Of a DNA stretch of 64,000 nucleotides, positions 62,478 to 64,000 are shown piece after piece. A program made the translations under genes and the position numbers. Source of the DNA: Octopus vulgaris (taxonomy: Eukaryota); contig OX597822.1 in assembly GCA_951406725.2 (NCBI GenBank), forward strand, positions 87,730,001 to 87,794,000. The letters run 5' to 3'. Every line of letters begins with the position of its first letter. Position 1 is the first letter of the stretch. The notes beneath the pieces are model-generated. The model was not told the origin of the DNA. It saw nothing but the letters and a program-made list of their open reading frames with translations, and made no database searches.

Positions 62478-63945
62478 TCCAGTCTATACAGGCATTGAGC
62501 AGAGTGGAAACCAAGGCACATCTCTGACGGACCCCAGATCAAACTAGGGAAAAATCAGATGCTAAGCTCCCAATCCGAATTGTACTGACTGTTCCGGTGT
62601 ATAAGGCTATCATTAGTCCGGTCAGTTGAAAACGTATATTTTGCAGCCCCAGAATCTTCCAAAGCACATCTCTGTCCACCGAGTCAAACATCTCCTTCTA
62701 AAAGGTCCGCGTGCGTTCAATGAGTACGCGAAGAGCAAGGATCCTATCAATTGACCTTTTTGGCATGAACTTCGACTGCTCAGGCCACTGAGACGCAAGC
62801 AGAGGATATTTCACTCTGTGCAGAATGATCCTCGCAAAGACCTTACCGGGCAGTAAAAGGAGTGTAACAACCCTATAATGGTTACAGTCATCTTTACCTT
62901 TCCAGAGTGGGATAATTATGCCTCTTTTCCAGTTAGGCAGTATTATGACGTTGTTCCAGACTGACCAGATGATCTGCCGACAGAACAAGACTGCAGCAGG
63001 CTCACATTTCCTGATCATCTCCCTATGGGTACAACAAACACCGACTACCTTCTTGGTCTTCAGCTGATTTGCCACTGCACGAACCTCGTCTTCGAACAGC
63101 AAATTATAAGTGATTTGGCTCCCACTCAGTTCAATGCACGTAAGGACTGAATACTTGACTGAAATGTGGCTCAATCGAGTTGTGATGCGCTCATTGTTGA
63201 AACTACGATTACAGACCTAAATTTTGCTGATGACGCAGTTATTCTTGCTGATCTTTTGATATCTTAAGGAGCATTCTCCTTTCACTGAGTGAGGAAACAG
63301 AACCACTTGGCCCTAGAATTTCTTGGGTAAAGACAAAGATCCAGTCTTTTAATGGCTTCTTGGTGGACTCCACTTTATCTGTCTCTGCTGTAGGTATGTC
63401 GAGTAGTTGACTGCTTCACTTATCTCAGCAGTGAGATACATAGCAGCATTAGCTGAAGTCTTAAAAAAACTTTGATGAGCTGATGCAGTTATGGACTCAC
63501 AGGTCAAGGATGTTTGGCACTGCCAGTATCTGTGCTGAGGCATAAAGGTTCGGGTCTTTCGGTGAATGGTCCTCCCTGTCCTGTTCTATAGTTGAGAGAC
63601 TTGGACATTGTCCAGGACCCTCAGGAGCTGCCCGAACCTTAACTCCTTTGTTATCAGAGCGCTTCGAAGGATTACGGGTTACCATTGGTCAGATTTCATA
63701 CCCAACCAACGATTCTACTCAGAAACAGGGATGTATCCTGTATGATTTGGGGGCGATAGCTCAGACTGTTTGGTCATGTTGCTCAATTTTCTGAGTCAGA
63801 CCCGTGTTCTCTTCACTGAGAATCTGGTTGAGTTGACGGCTTGTGTTGGTCGACAATATGCCACATGGTCACATACTCGACGGAACGACCGACAAATAGT
63901 GAATGCAGCAATGCACTGCAACAGCGCATGCCCCCACATCTAACC
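62478..63945 (+). mobile_element. RTE-like LINE with inverted 5' part (62478-63175 minus; 63175-63945 plus)
   Basis: Minus part: WKRGIIIPLWKGK..CNHYR..PGKVFARII..SGVRQRC..LLNACIDW. Plus part: ITDLNFADDAVILA..ISWVKTKIQ..LRLFGHVA. Confidence 0.82.
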
Positions 63946-64000
63946 TATGACTCAAATGCATTTTCAACACCAATTTTCTTGAATTCCTTGTATAGAAGTA

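Overview
AT-rich, repeat-saturated eukaryotic genomic DNA with no intact host gene. From my recollection of its SINE, RTE-tail and microsatellite repertoire it looks like a coleoid cephalopod (Octopus-like); this is an unverified inference. Most ORF-track entries are microsatellite or transposon artefacts. The window is a nested graveyard of mobile elements: three mariners, a DD37D maT, a long-TIR Mutator/MULE carrying a Helentron-type HINE, three non-autonomous Helitrons, many RTE LINE fragments, R4/Dong, CR1, Gypsy gag/protease/RNaseH/integrase remnants, Penelope-like (PLE) RT and GIY-YIG fragments, tRNA-derived SINEs, and a ~10 kb higher-order satellite (51.4-61.3 kb). The most interesting signal is RNA structure. 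Several short PLE-like repeats carry minimal hammerhead ribozyme (HHR) motifs. One of them (39844-39915) has a complete core and all three stems, but its strands are in the order [III-UH-I]-[II-GAAA-III]-[I-CUGANGA-II]. That order is none of the type I/II/III circular permutations and would need a pseudoknotted (crossover) fold. A sequence-unrelated truncated repeat at 32147-32200 shows the same GAAA-before-CUGANGA order. Coordinates were counted by hand, and the ends of degraded elements are approximate.
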